DNA of 32,000 bases from contig NQJD01000013.1 of assembly GCA_004284765.1 (NCBI GenBank), forward strand, positions 1 through 32,000, given 5' to 3'. The notes below the pieces were generated by a model. It searched no databases. It was given only the letters and a program-made list of their open reading frames with translations, and was not told the origin of the DNA. This DNA comes from Candidatus Electronema aureum (GTDB lineage: Bacteria; Desulfobacterota; Desulfobulbia; Desulfobulbales; Desulfobulbaceae). Position 1 is the first letter of the stretch. Every line of letters begins with the position of its first letter. The position numbers and the translations under genes are program-made. Positions 7,803 to 16,112 of this stretch are shown in pieces.

Positions 7803-9503
7803 CTATTGTACTGCTTTCTTTCTCAAAACCAGAAGAGAAATTGCATGATCTTTCTCAGTCCGACTCCAACCTGCGGCAAGATCAAGCGACTGCATCAGTT
7901 TAAATAACTCTGCCCGTAGTTTTTCCGCTGAGGTGTTGACCGAAGCCGAAAAAGCTGGAGCTGCCCAGTTGGCAGCCTTCTGCGCTTCAACAGAAAATAA
8001 AGCCGGACGCAGGACAAAGGCAGAAGCGTTGGCCGTGCTAATCTGCGTTGAAAGTTTCGCACCAAGTAAGTCGCGCATGGCCTGTGGCAGCCCGTCCTGC
8101 TCCTCGGCGACTATCAGGCTTTTTAGGTACGATTCACCGTTGGCAAAATACAGCATCTTGTTGGTCAGAGCAAGAGCAGGATGGGCGACTTGGGCAGGCA
8201 TCAGGTTCCAGTAATAAAGGGAATGTCCGCCTACTTCCGTGATCTTTTCTTTGGCAAAACGCTGGGCTGCGGAGATTATTTTTCGTGTTTTGTCCACGAG
8301 CTGCTGCGTGGTTTCTGGCTGCTGGATTTGGGCAAAAAGCGTTACCTTGGGCAAGGGAAAAAGGCCCGTACTAACAACCTCACCGATGGTCAGTCCGATT
8401 TGTGGCCCCAACGCGGCAATGATCCCTTTAATCGAAAAACCGAACTGTTGCCGCACTGCCACATCCATCGCTTCAAGCTCGGCAGGATCAATGAAAGAAA
8501 GCAGATTTTCGTCTAAACCAGAAAACCAGCCGTAAAACAGGGCTGTTTCGGTCAGCAAGTGCAGAGAGAGATTTTGGCTTGAGCGCAGCTTTTTTTGTCG
8601 CTGACGGACGGATTCATGCAACGCAGCGGCATTATATTCCACCTTAGTTTTCAACTGAAAATTACCCTGATGTTCAAATGCCAACCCGCTCAAACTGTTG
8701 AAACCCTGCATGTAGGTAGCGGCCAGCTTGAGTTCCTTTTGCTCGGAAGCAGCGAAGAAACTGCGAAGCTTATCGGTATTGGCATAAAATTTTGCTAAAT
8801 AACGGTCAGGAGTCGATTCTGCCCAGAACTTCTTCGCCGCTATGAAAAATGGATGCGCTTCCAACCCGCCGCCGCTCTCTTTTTGTTTGAGTGCCGCTGC
8901 GATTAGTTCCGGGTTGTAAGCTAAAATGATTACCCCAGCGCGGACTGTGCCATACAAAAATTCCTCATCATCCAAGCGGATGCGAGTTAGCTCCAAGCCG
9001 TTCACGGTTTCTTTGCTCACTTCGCTCATGGTCAAGCGAGCAATGCTATCAACCGAAGCAGCAGTGGCTGATGTGCCAAAAGCGATCAGTCTTTGCCGCT
9101 GTTCTGCCTCTGGGTTTGCCTTCAGCTGGGCAAGATCAGGACTCAGCTGCGCTATGGTGGCATCATCGCCAAAGAGCTGCTGCAAGATCGAATTGTCGAA
9201 CAAATCCGCTGCACCATCATAAAATTCTTCATAACGCTGAACAGCCTCTTCTGTTGCACCTTGTTCGGCCATAATCTCACGCACGGTCTGTTTGGCAAAG
9301 AAATTGCCCAAGGCTGATTCAGGAAATGCTCGCGAAAGTCCTTTCAAATCGAGCAAAGTAATCACCGCCAGCGTATCAGCGGGAAGATAATCGGCGTAAT
9401 ATTCACTCCTCCCGGCAGGAGGCGTAAATCGCTGCGCCGCATAATAAAAAGCCGCCCCGGTTATTCCAGTCAGCAGAAGAATAAGGACTACGATTTTTTT
9501 CAT
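7803..9503 (-). CDS. Hypothetical secreted or membrane-anchored protein (566 aa; possibly DUF3352-like)
   Basis: N-terminal MKKIVVLILLLTGITGAAFYYAA is a signal or anchor. SD GGAG lies 7 nt upstream. The ORF is long and clean. The family assignment is only a vague recollection. Confidence 0.6.
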   Translation of the reverse strand: MKKIVVLILLLTGITGAAFYYAAQRFTPPAGRSEYYADYLPADTLAVITLLDLKGLSRAFPESALGNFFAKQTVREIMAEQGATEEAVQRYEEFYDGAADLFDNSILQQLFGDDATIAQLSPDLAQLKANPEAEQRQRLIAFGTSATAASVDSIARLTMSEVSKETVNGLELTRIRLDDEEFLYGTVRAGVIILAYNPELIAAALKQKESGGGLEAHPFFIAAKKFWAESTPDRYLAKFYANTDKLRSFFAASEQKELKLAATYMQGFNSLSGLAFEHQGNFQLKTKVEYNAAALHESVRQRQKKLRSSQNLSLHLLTETALFYGWFSGLDENLLSFIDPAELEAMDVAVRQQFGFSIKGIIAALGPQIGLTIGEVVSTGLFPLPKVTLFAQIQQPETTQQLVDKTRKIISAAQRFAKEKITEVGGHSLYYWNLMPAQVAHPALALTNKMLYFANGESYLKSLIVAEEQDGLPQAMRDLLGAKLSTQISTANASAFVLRPALFSVEAQKAANWAAPAFSASVNTSAEKLRAELFKLMQSLDLAAGWSRTEKDHAISLLVLRKKAVQ

Positions 9504-9707
9504 CGTTCAGCTCCTGAAACCAGGGTTGGGAGAGTAGCAAAGGCAAACAGAAAACAGAGAAATTCTACTCCAACCCGGTGCAAAGTCAATGCGCATCAGG
9601 TATGATGGGGCCTTGCCCGCGCTCGGCTGTGCAACGGGCAAACCGCTGTTTTATCTGCTTGTAACCCACAAATTCGGGCGGAAGAATTTACCCACAGGAG
9701 AATATGT

Positions 9708-10391
9708 ATGGATAAAATTATTGTGCTGGCTACCAGCAATCAGAATAAAGTCAACGAGCTGAAAGAGCTGATCAAAGGCTTTCCGGTGGAAATCAAATGC
9801 CTAAAGGATTTCGGCCCGCTGCCGGAGGCCATCGAAGACGGAGCCACTTTTGACGAGAACGCCTACAAAAAGGCTCTGCATTATGCTCGAATTCTCGGCC
9901 TGCCTGCGTTGGCTGATGACTCTGGCCTGTCGGTGGATGCGCTGGACGGTGCGCCCGGTGTCTATTCGGCCCGCTACAGCGGCGAGAGAGCGACAGACTG
10001 GGATAATTGCGAAAAATTGCTTAAAGAGATGGAGGGCAAAACCGCCCGCACCGCCCGCTTTGAGTGCGTCCTTTCGTTGGCTGTGCCGCACGGCCCTGCC
10101 TTAACCTGGGAAGGTCGTTGCGAAGGCCGGATCACGGAGCAGCGGCAAGGTGAGGCTGGTTTCGGCTATGATCCGGTGTTCTTTTACGAGGATTTCGGTA
10201 AAACTTTTGCCGAGGTGAGCATGGCGGAAAAAAGCCGAGTGAGTCACCGAGGCAAAGCCATGCAGGAATTCGCTACTGAATTTGACAATGTGATGAAATG
10301 GATCAAACAGCGGATGAGCGAAATGAAGCCGCCCAAACCAGACCATGCTGAGTTTGAGCATAATGACTGGTCTGAAGAAAGGATGGGGTGA
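9708..10391 (+). CDS. rdgB: Non-canonical purine NTP pyrophosphatase (RdgB/HAM1 family)
   Basis: IVLATSNQNKVNELKELI, ADDSGLSVDALDGAPGVYSARY, GFGYDPVFF and SHRGKA motifs. SD AGGAG. About 25 aa of C-terminal extension. Confidence 0.9.
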   Translation: MDKIIVLATSNQNKVNELKELIKGFPVEIKCLKDFGPLPEAIEDGATFDENAYKKALHYARILGLPALADDSGLSVDALDGAPGVYSARYSGERATDWDNCEKLLKEMEGKTARTARFECVLSLAVPHGPALTWEGRCEGRITEQRQGEAGFGYDPVFFYEDFGKTFAEVSMAEKSRVSHRGKAMQEFATEFDNVMKWIKQRMSEMKPPKPDHAEFEHNDWSEERMG

Positions 10392-10400
10392 GAATTATCT

Positions 10401-10448
10401 ATAGACGTTACGCAGTGCAACGTACAAAGTTACCTGCGTAACGCCTAT
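10401..10448. terminator. 15-bp-stem hairpin after rdgB, at the edge of an AT-rich islet
   Basis: ATAGACGTTACGCAG (10401-10415) pairs with CTGCGTAACGCCTAT (10434-10448) at 14 of 15 positions, with an 18-nt loop. There is no clean T-run. Confidence 0.45.
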
Positions 10449-10522
10449 ATTATTCGCTATATGTTCATTTTTGAATATGACATCGAAAAAATATACTGTA
10501 ATTCACACATTGGATTAAAAAT

Positions 10523-10969
10523 ATGAAAATAGGCGTGGTCGGATACAGTTTTAATAAGTTTGATCTTGATCTTGCTGCGAAAATGATGCGATCTGCATTT
10601 GATATTTTTGTCCCTAAAAATGCTGAATCAGAAAATATTGAAATAGTAAGCGGTCTGACAAATATCGGCGTTCCGAGAATTGCATATCAACTTGCAGACA
10701 GAAGAAATTTTATCACTGTTGGCATTTCTGCGGAACAGGCATTTCAAGTGCATTGCGGAGTGTACCCTGTTAAAAAACAGATAATTCGTGGCATCAATTT
10801 CGGTGATGAATCGGAGGTATTCATAAGATACATAGACTTTCTAATTAGAATTGGCGGCGGCAGGTAAAGTCATAAAGAAGTGAAGATGTTTATCGATAAA
10901 TGTGCAGCCTTTGGTTGGCAAAAATCCGAAAGACTGATTGAGCATGAGCTACCGATGTTCAATTCCTAA
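10523..10969 (+). pseudogene. SLOG/LOG-like Rossmann-fold protein gene with an in-frame TAA (114 aa + stop + 33 aa)
   Basis: MKIGVVGYS...VSGLTNIGVPRIAYQLA...RIGGGR, then TAA (10865-10867), then in the same frame SHKEVKMFIDKCAAFGWQKSERLIEHELPMFNS to TAA 10967-10969. The stop falls inside a GGGxxSxxE-type motif. The region is AT-rich and the family call is tentative. Confidence 0.45.
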
Positions 10970-11622
10970 TACAGCTCAAACCGCACATTCCAGCCGTTCC
11001 TGATGATGGTGTTGAAGATTGGCGTTTTCAGCTCCTGTGGTTTGAATCGCCAGTTTTCGGTGGTAGTTTGCTCAAAGGCACTGATTCCCCATTCTGGCCC
11101 GCTTCGCACATGGCAGAAGAAACGCGTTGAGGTCAGCAGGCCGAAGCTGACTTTAACCGGACAGAGGGAAAAATCTACGGCCCGCACTCGGTCTCGCATG
11201 ATCACAGTGCGGGTGGCGGTATCAAACTCCAAGGTCAGCTCGTACTGCTGGCGCAGGCGAGCTAAGGCCATCCAGCGACACCACGTTGGATCATCGCAAT
11301 GCCAGCTCAGGCGTATTTTCTTCCCCTTTTTCTCCGCTCGCACCGGGTTTGGAATTTCGTTAATGCCAAGCAGCATGAATTCCAGCATCTCCTGAAGCAC
11401 CGGCTCACCGTGTCTATGAAAAAACCAAACCTTGTGGATGATCAAGCGGAGTAGAAACGGAAAGGGCAGAATGTACAGAGCAGCCCAGACAGCCAACGCG
11501 GGCAGAAGAAGCTGGAATTTTAGATGCGGCCAGACTAAGAGCAGAGGTAGAAGACTCAAACCCCAACCGAGTGGCAGGAGCAAAAGCAGACCTAATGTCT
11601 TGGCGTAGCGAGTAAGCAGCAT
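10966..11622 (-). CDS. Hypothetical membrane protein (2-3 TM N-terminus plus soluble C-terminal domain)
   Basis: Start MLLTRYAKTLGLLLLLPLGW at ATG 11622 overlaps the ldcA stop (TGATG). The longer 274-aa version in the ORF track would lie inside ldcA. Confidence 0.65.
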   Translation of the reverse strand: MLLTRYAKTLGLLLLLPLGWGLSLLPLLLVWPHLKFQLLLPALAVWAALYILPFPFLLRLIIHKVWFFHRHGEPVLQEMLEFMLLGINEIPNPVRAEKKGKKIRLSWHCDDPTWCRWMALARLRQQYELTLEFDTATRTVIMRDRVRAVDFSLCPVKVSFGLLTSTRFFCHVRSGPEWGISAFEQTTTENWRFKPQELKTPIFNTIIRNGWNVRFELY

Positions 11623-12560
11623 CAGGGGCGAGCGCAGGTCTGGGGCAAAAATTCCAAGGTGCCGGTGAAGCTGTTCATCACCGCTTCCATGCCGATGGGC
11701 AGGGTATAATTTTCGCGCTGATGGCCAATCGGAAAACCTGCCCAGACCGGATACTTGGCCGCCGCCGTCAGCTCCAGCACCCGCTGCCAAACCTGCTCGT
11801 TGAGGCGAATGATTTCTAAGCGGTCATCATGGCCGGGATCAAACAGACCAAGAATCAGCCCAGTTATTTTGTCCAGCAGACCACCACAGGCGAGATGGGT
11901 CAGCATTCGGTCGAGTTTATAAAGCGGCTCGGCTGTGTCTTCAAGAAAGAGAATTTTTCCCGCAGTCTGCGGCTGCCACGGCGTACCCATCAGGTGACAA
12001 AGAGTGGTCAGATTACCGCCAACCAGTCGCCCTTGGCTGAAGCCACCACGAAGAATTTCTATGCCCGCAGGTCGGACGCAGGGTCGGAACTCACCCGCAA
12101 TTACTTCCCTGAATCGCTCAAAAGACAGGCGATCAGTCGTAGCTAAGGTGCTGATCATCGGCCCGTGCAGGGTGACAAGGCCGCAGTGAGCGGTAATGCT
12201 GTTCAACAGTACGGTCAGATCGCTGAAGCCAATGAGCCATTTTGGGTGGGCGCGGAGGAAATTCCAATCCAGTTTGCTGATGATCCGCAGGCAGCCGTAG
12301 CCACCACGAGCCGCGATCAATGCCTTGACTTCCTCATCTGCCCAGAGTCGGTGCAGCTCAGTCAACCTATGGCGGTCATCAGCAGCTAAATAATCTGTGC
12401 CAGAGCCGTTCGGTGGCTGGCAGCGAATGCGCAAGCCCAGATCACGCAGTACCTGAAGGCCTTGGGCAAAACCTTCCTCGTTCCGCACTGGCCCAGCAGG
12501 ATGAATAATACCAACTGTGTCGCCGGGCTGGAGAGAAGGAGGCAGAATCGGTTGTCGCAT
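11622..12560 (-). CDS. ldcA: LD-carboxypeptidase (muramoyl-tetrapeptide carboxypeptidase, peptidase S66)
   Basis: GDTVGIIHPAGPV, IIAARGGYGCLRI, GFSDLTVLL (Ser nucleophile context) and FPIGHQRENYTLPIG. Confidence 0.85.
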   Translation of the reverse strand: MRQPILPPSLQPGDTVGIIHPAGPVRNEEGFAQGLQVLRDLGLRIRCQPPNGSGTDYLAADDRHRLTELHRLWADEEVKALIAARGGYGCLRIISKLDWNFLRAHPKWLIGFSDLTVLLNSITAHCGLVTLHGPMISTLATTDRLSFERFREVIAGEFRPCVRPAGIEILRGGFSQGRLVGGNLTTLCHLMGTPWQPQTAGKILFLEDTAEPLYKLDRMLTHLACGGLLDKITGLILGLFDPGHDDRLEIIRLNEQVWQRVLELTAAAKYPVWAGFPIGHQRENYTLPIGMEAVMNSFTGTLEFLPQTCARP

Positions 12561-13375
12561 CAGCAGTCCTCCTGCCGCCGGTTGCGCTCATAGATGAGCC
12601 GCAGGCCGGTTAGCGTCAGGGTAGGATCAACAAACTCAACTGCCGAGCTGTGCGGAGCGATGATTTCCGCCATGCCGCCCGTCGCGATCACATTGATCTT
12701 GCCGTCTGCTGCCACTGCGCCCCGCTCTCGCATTTCTTTGCCCAGCAGCTCAATCATTCGATCAATCAGTCCGCCAAAGCCATGCAGTGTCCCAGAGCAA
12801 ATAGCATCAACCGTATTGGCACCAATGACAGCAAGAGGCTTTTCATTCAGCTCAATGCGGGGTAGCTTGGCTGTTCGTTCCGCCAGAGCATCTAAGGAAA
12901 TGCCGATGCCTGGATGAATAGTGCCGCCAAGGTGTTCACCTCTTTTGCTCACGCAGTCAAAGGTAATGGCTGTGCCGACATCAACCACGATCGCCGCAGT
13001 GCCAAAACTCTCCCAAGCAGCAGCCGCGTTAACGATGCGATCTGCGCCTAACTCTGCCGGATTGGTGGTCAGCAAGGTGAGGCCAGTGTCGGTACGATGA
13101 GAGACGGCAATGGGCGAAGTTGGGCAATTAGCGAGATATTTGCTGGCAAACTGGAGCCAAGAGTTTTCTAAAGTAGGTACCACTGAGCTGACGATGAAGG
13201 CGGTGATATCCTCCTTTTGGAGGTTATCGATCTGAAAGAGTGAATAGTAGCGGATGGCCAGCTCGTCCGCAGTCTTGCCGTGATCTGATTTTAGCTGCCA
13301 CTGATGAATCAGAGCTTGATCGTAAAAAACGCCAGTCACGGTGTGGGAATTGCCGACATTGACTGCGAGAAGCAT
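12560..13375 (-). CDS. coaX: Type III pantothenate kinase
   Basis: MLLAVNVGNSHT start, GADRIVNAAAA and VVDVGTAITFD motifs; 271 aa from ATG 13375. The 88-aa upstream extension in the ORF track looks non-coding. The stop overlaps the ldcA ATG (TGATG). Confidence 0.9.
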   Translation of the reverse strand: MLLAVNVGNSHTVTGVFYDQALIHQWQLKSDHGKTADELAIRYYSLFQIDNLQKEDITAFIVSSVVPTLENSWLQFASKYLANCPTSPIAVSHRTDTGLTLLTTNPAELGADRIVNAAAAWESFGTAAIVVDVGTAITFDCVSKRGEHLGGTIHPGIGISLDALAERTAKLPRIELNEKPLAVIGANTVDAICSGTLHGFGGLIDRMIELLGKEMRERGAVAADGKINVIATGGMAEIIAPHSSAVEFVDPTLTLTGLRLIYERNRRQEDC

Positions 13376-13600
13376 GAAAGTCACCGAGGTTGAGTGATCT
13401 GAACTGCTGCCGGATGTACCTTGAGAGCATTGCAGTTGACGGAACCCTGCCTGCCGGGTATAGACAAAGCCGGGCAGAGCAGTGTATCTGGCTCTGTCAG
13501 CTGATTTTAGCATCAAACCGGGCAGGGGAGCAATGACAAGCTGGCAGGAAGAATTAAAAAATGGCGCGGTGGACTGAACACAGGCACTGTGGAGAAAAAT

Positions 13601-15349
13601 ATGAACACTGTCGGGCAATGGATTGCGCAGCATCAGCATTTGCTGCTGGCTGGGTTCGGCCTGTTAGCTTTTGCCTTGCTGCTCAAATGCGGCGAGCGCA
13701 AAGGACGGATGCCGCATCTGATCTTCTTCCTTATCCTCTTCGTCATGGCCGCTGTGATTTACTTGGCCAAGGATGACCCAGCCATCTGGATTCCTGCGGC
13801 AATCGCTCTGCTGACTGTTGCCGCGCCAACAGCCTTGAGCTGGAAGCCAGCGGACCAGCCCGACGGGATGCGGCAGTATGAGGAGGAGCTGAAAACCCTG
13901 CGCCAGCAGATTCTTGATCTGCAAGCCTCCGGCTCAATGGCTGACGACAAGCAGCGGCAGCTTCTTGAAGCGCAGTTGCAGGCGGTGCAGGAGCATTTGA
14001 CCGACATCCGGGAGAGCTGGAAGGAGGAGCAGCAACGCCGCAAGGCTGCGGACGAGGCTCTTGAGCAGATGAAATGCCAGATGCCGGATGCGCGGATTGA
14101 AAAGGCGCAAGTCAGTCTGCGGCAGGGCGACACCAAGGCGGCGAAAGAGACCTTTGCCGAGGTGCGCAAGCAGGCGGGCAAAGCGGCGGCCTTGGCTGCG
14201 CACCACGAAGGGAAGCTGGCCGAAGGCGAAGTGAATTATGCCGAGGCGATGGAGCTGTACCGGACAGCCGCGCTGCTGGAAAAGGACAACCCGGACTATC
14301 TGCTGGCTGCCGGGAAGATGGCCCGCAAGCTCGCGGAGTACAAGCAGGCGCAGGAATGGCTGGAGCGGCTGCTGGAACTGCGGGAAAAGGAGGGAAAAAA
14401 TGATGCCGGATTGGGCGACGCGCTGTATGAGCTGGCTTTGCTGCATAAAGACTTGGGGCAATACGCGGCGGCGGAGCCGTTGTACCTGCGGGCGGTAGCG
14501 GTGAAGGAACAGGCTCTTGGCAAAGAGCATCCTGATGTGGCGGATGTGCTGAATGGCCTGGCTGCGCTGTATTGGCGGGAAGGAAAATACGCAGAAGCAG
14601 AGCCGCTGTATCTGCGTGCTCTCGCTGTGAAGGAGCAGGCTTTTGGCAAAGAGCATCCCAGCGTGGCGCAGACCTTGAACGATCTTGCGATATTGTATAG
14701 GAATCAAGAACGAGTTGCTGAAGCGGAATCTCTCTATCTGCGCTCTCTTGCAATTAGAGAGAAATATCTTGGCAAAGAACATCTTGACGTAGCAGAGAGC
14801 CTGAATAATCTCGCCTTGCTCTGCCGGAAGCAAGGAAGGTATTTAGAAGCAGAGCCGTTATGTCTTCGCTCACTTGCTATTAAAGAAGCTGTTCTTGGTA
14901 AAAAGCATCCACGTATAGCTGTAACTATAAACAATCTCGCTGTACTGTATCGTCAGCAAGGAAAGTTCAGAAAATCTGAGTCTCTGTCTCAGCGCGACTT
15001 GATAATAACTGAGAAAGCATTTGGCAAGGAGCATCCAGATGTTGCTGTCACTCTGAACAATCTCGCTGAACTTTACCGAATGCAAAGCAGATACGCAGAA
15101 GCGGAGCCGCTGCTTCATCGCGCTCTTCAAATTCGTGAGGACAAGCTCGGTAAAAACCATACCGCTGTCGCAACCACCCTGCACATCATGGCCGATCTCT
15201 ACCGCGACCAAGGAAGATACGCGGAAGCAGAGCCGCTGTATCAACGCGCCCTGTCCATCTTGCAGGCAAAACTCCCTGCCGGGCATTCGCGCATCAGCGG
15301 CTGCCAGAAGGACTACGATGAGATGAAGGAGAAGATGGCGGGGATGTAA
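13601..15349 (+). CDS. Membrane-anchored coiled-coil / tetratricopeptide repeat protein (7 kinesin-light-chain-type 42-aa TPR units)
   Basis: ATG 13601 lies 6 nt after GGAG. There are three hydrophobic helices, then a Q/E/K-rich coiled-coil segment, then 7 units of the type LNNLAxLYRxQGRYxEAEPLYxRALAIxExxLGKEHPDVA. Confidence 0.9.
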   Translation: MNTVGQWIAQHQHLLLAGFGLLAFALLLKCGERKGRMPHLIFFLILFVMAAVIYLAKDDPAIWIPAAIALLTVAAPTALSWKPADQPDGMRQYEEELKTLRQQILDLQASGSMADDKQRQLLEAQLQAVQEHLTDIRESWKEEQQRRKAADEALEQMKCQMPDARIEKAQVSLRQGDTKAAKETFAEVRKQAGKAAALAAHHEGKLAEGEVNYAEAMELYRTAALLEKDNPDYLLAAGKMARKLAEYKQAQEWLERLLELREKEGKNDAGLGDALYELALLHKDLGQYAAAEPLYLRAVAVKEQALGKEHPDVADVLNGLAALYWREGKYAEAEPLYLRALAVKEQAFGKEHPSVAQTLNDLAILYRNQERVAEAESLYLRSLAIREKYLGKEHLDVAESLNNLALLCRKQGRYLEAEPLCLRSLAIKEAVLGKKHPRIAVTINNLAVLYRQQGKFRKSESLSQRDLIITEKAFGKEHPDVAVTLNNLAELYRMQSRYAEAEPLLHRALQIREDKLGKNHTAVATTLHIMADLYRDQGRYAEAEPLYQRALSILQAKLPAGHSRISGCQKDYDEMKEKMAGM

Positions 15350-15350
15350 G
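15284..15350. repeat. Direct repeat copy 1 (67 bp; the 3' end of the TPR gene)
   Basis: cattcgcgcatcagcggctgccagaaggactacgatgagatgaaggAgaagatggcggggatgtaAg matches 16020-16086 at 65 of 67 positions. Confidence 0.9.
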
Positions 15351-15369
15351 GGCGTTTCGCGAAACGCCC
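15350..15369. terminator. 20-bp perfect palindrome or hairpin between the TPR gene and the convergent brnA
   Basis: GGGCGTTTCGCGAAACGCCC. It begins at the last base of the TPR stop codon and lies 29 nt from the brnA stop. No T-run is present. Confidence 0.5.
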
Positions 15370-15397
15370 CTACAGGGTGCATTCGTCCGCTTTTCTG

Positions 15398-15694
15398 TCA
15401 TGCAGTCTGCTTGGCATCAACATGCCGCTGAAGCACGGCGTTGAGTTCAGCCTGCCATCCCTCGCCCCGCGCCTTGAAAAACTCGACAATCTCCCTGTTG
15501 ATGCGGACAGCAAGCTGCGCTTCCTTCTTCCCGTTCTGCGCAGGACGCTTCACCGGTCTGCCGTTCTTGTACAGCTTCCCCTCAGCAAAGAAGGCATCCG
15601 GCAGCTCCGGGATTTCATCATATTCAGCTTGGCTGATCTCGTGGCTGTCAACCTTCTGCAAATTGCTTTTCAAACCAGCGTTGCTCTCTTTCAT
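15398..15694 (-). CDS. brnA: BrnA-type antitoxin (DUF4415-like)
   Basis: 98 aa. ...EIPELPDAFFAEGKLY...GRPV...QLAVRINREIVEFFKARGEGWQAELNAVLQ matches the BrnA pattern. SD GAGGAAGG. It overlaps the toxin gene by 47 nt. Confidence 0.8.
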   Translation of the reverse strand: MKESNAGLKSNLQKVDSHEISQAEYDEIPELPDAFFAEGKLYKNGRPVKRPAQNGKKEAQLAVRINREIVEFFKARGEGWQAELNAVLQRHVDAKQTA

Positions 15695-15929
15695 TGGCCT
15701 TCCTCATGGAAATGATGCGAATACTGTCGCCTCGCCCGGTGTGAACAATAACAACCAAGCGGCCAGCAAGCTCGCCCATTGTTATCTCTCTGCATTCTCC
15801 ATATTCCTGCCGCGTGTCCGCCCATGTGATGCGGCGCGGGCCGTTGAACACCTCCGGCGCGTCTTCAAAATCAAGTCCCCGCTCGTCCAAAGCCGCCTGC
15901 CGCTTCTTGCTGTCGTATTCAATCCTCAT
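15648..15929 (-). CDS. brnT: BrnT-type toxin (DUF497 ribonuclease family)
   Basis: MRIEYDSKKRQAALDERGLDFEDAPEVF...ECREITMG...LVVIVHTGRGDSIRIISMRKANEREQRWF. The first ATG is at 15929; the ORF-track start is a TTG. The toxin gene lies upstream of the antitoxin gene, as in BrnTA. Confidence 0.8.
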   Translation of the reverse strand: MRIEYDSKKRQAALDERGLDFEDAPEVFNGPRRITWADTRQEYGECREITMGELAGRLVVIVHTGRGDSIRIISMRKANEREQRWFEKQFAEG

Positions 15930-16019
15930 CGTTTCATTGTAATGACAGAACCTGCTCTGTTTCAAGCAGTTTTTTCAAAGAGGCAAGCGGCGCGGAATGA
16001 TCTCGAACGCATTGAAAAT

Positions 16020-16086
16020 CATTCGCGCATCAGCGGCTGCCAGAAGGACTACGATGAGATGAAGGCGAAGATGGCGGGGATGTAGG
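16020..16086. repeat. Direct repeat copy 2 (67 bp; orphan copy of the TPR gene tail including a stop codon)
   Basis: It would encode HSRISGCQKDYDEMKAKMAGM followed by TAG. No TPR homology lies upstream of it. Confidence 0.9.
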
Positions 16087-16112
16087 ATTTGATTTGTTGA
16101 GAAATAAGGCAA

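Noticed and set aside
9522-9585. An imperfect inverted repeat (GGGTTGGGAGAGTAG ... CTACTCCAACCC) in the divergent promoter region upstream of rdgB.
   Set aside because: It has a 3-nt bulge and a 27-nt loop and no recognisable motif. It may be an operator or a chance match, and support is insufficient.
11623-11790. A 56-aa N-terminal extension of the membrane-protein ORF. The analogous 88-aa extension of coaX at 13376-13639 was treated the same way.
   Set aside because: The extensions lie inside the upstream gene or have noise-like composition. Internal ATGs give canonical N-termini and TGATG coupling.
14411-15298. Regular 126-bp periodic repeats, considered as a possible CRISPR or other non-coding array.
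   Set aside because: They are in-frame 42-aa TPR units inside one long ORF. There is no spacer and repeat structure.
15441-16085. A 214-aa plus-strand ORF spanning the TA cassette.
   Set aside because: It is antisense to the well-supported brnT and brnA genes. Only its last 22 codons (the duplicated TPR tail) look genuine, and it has no start context.
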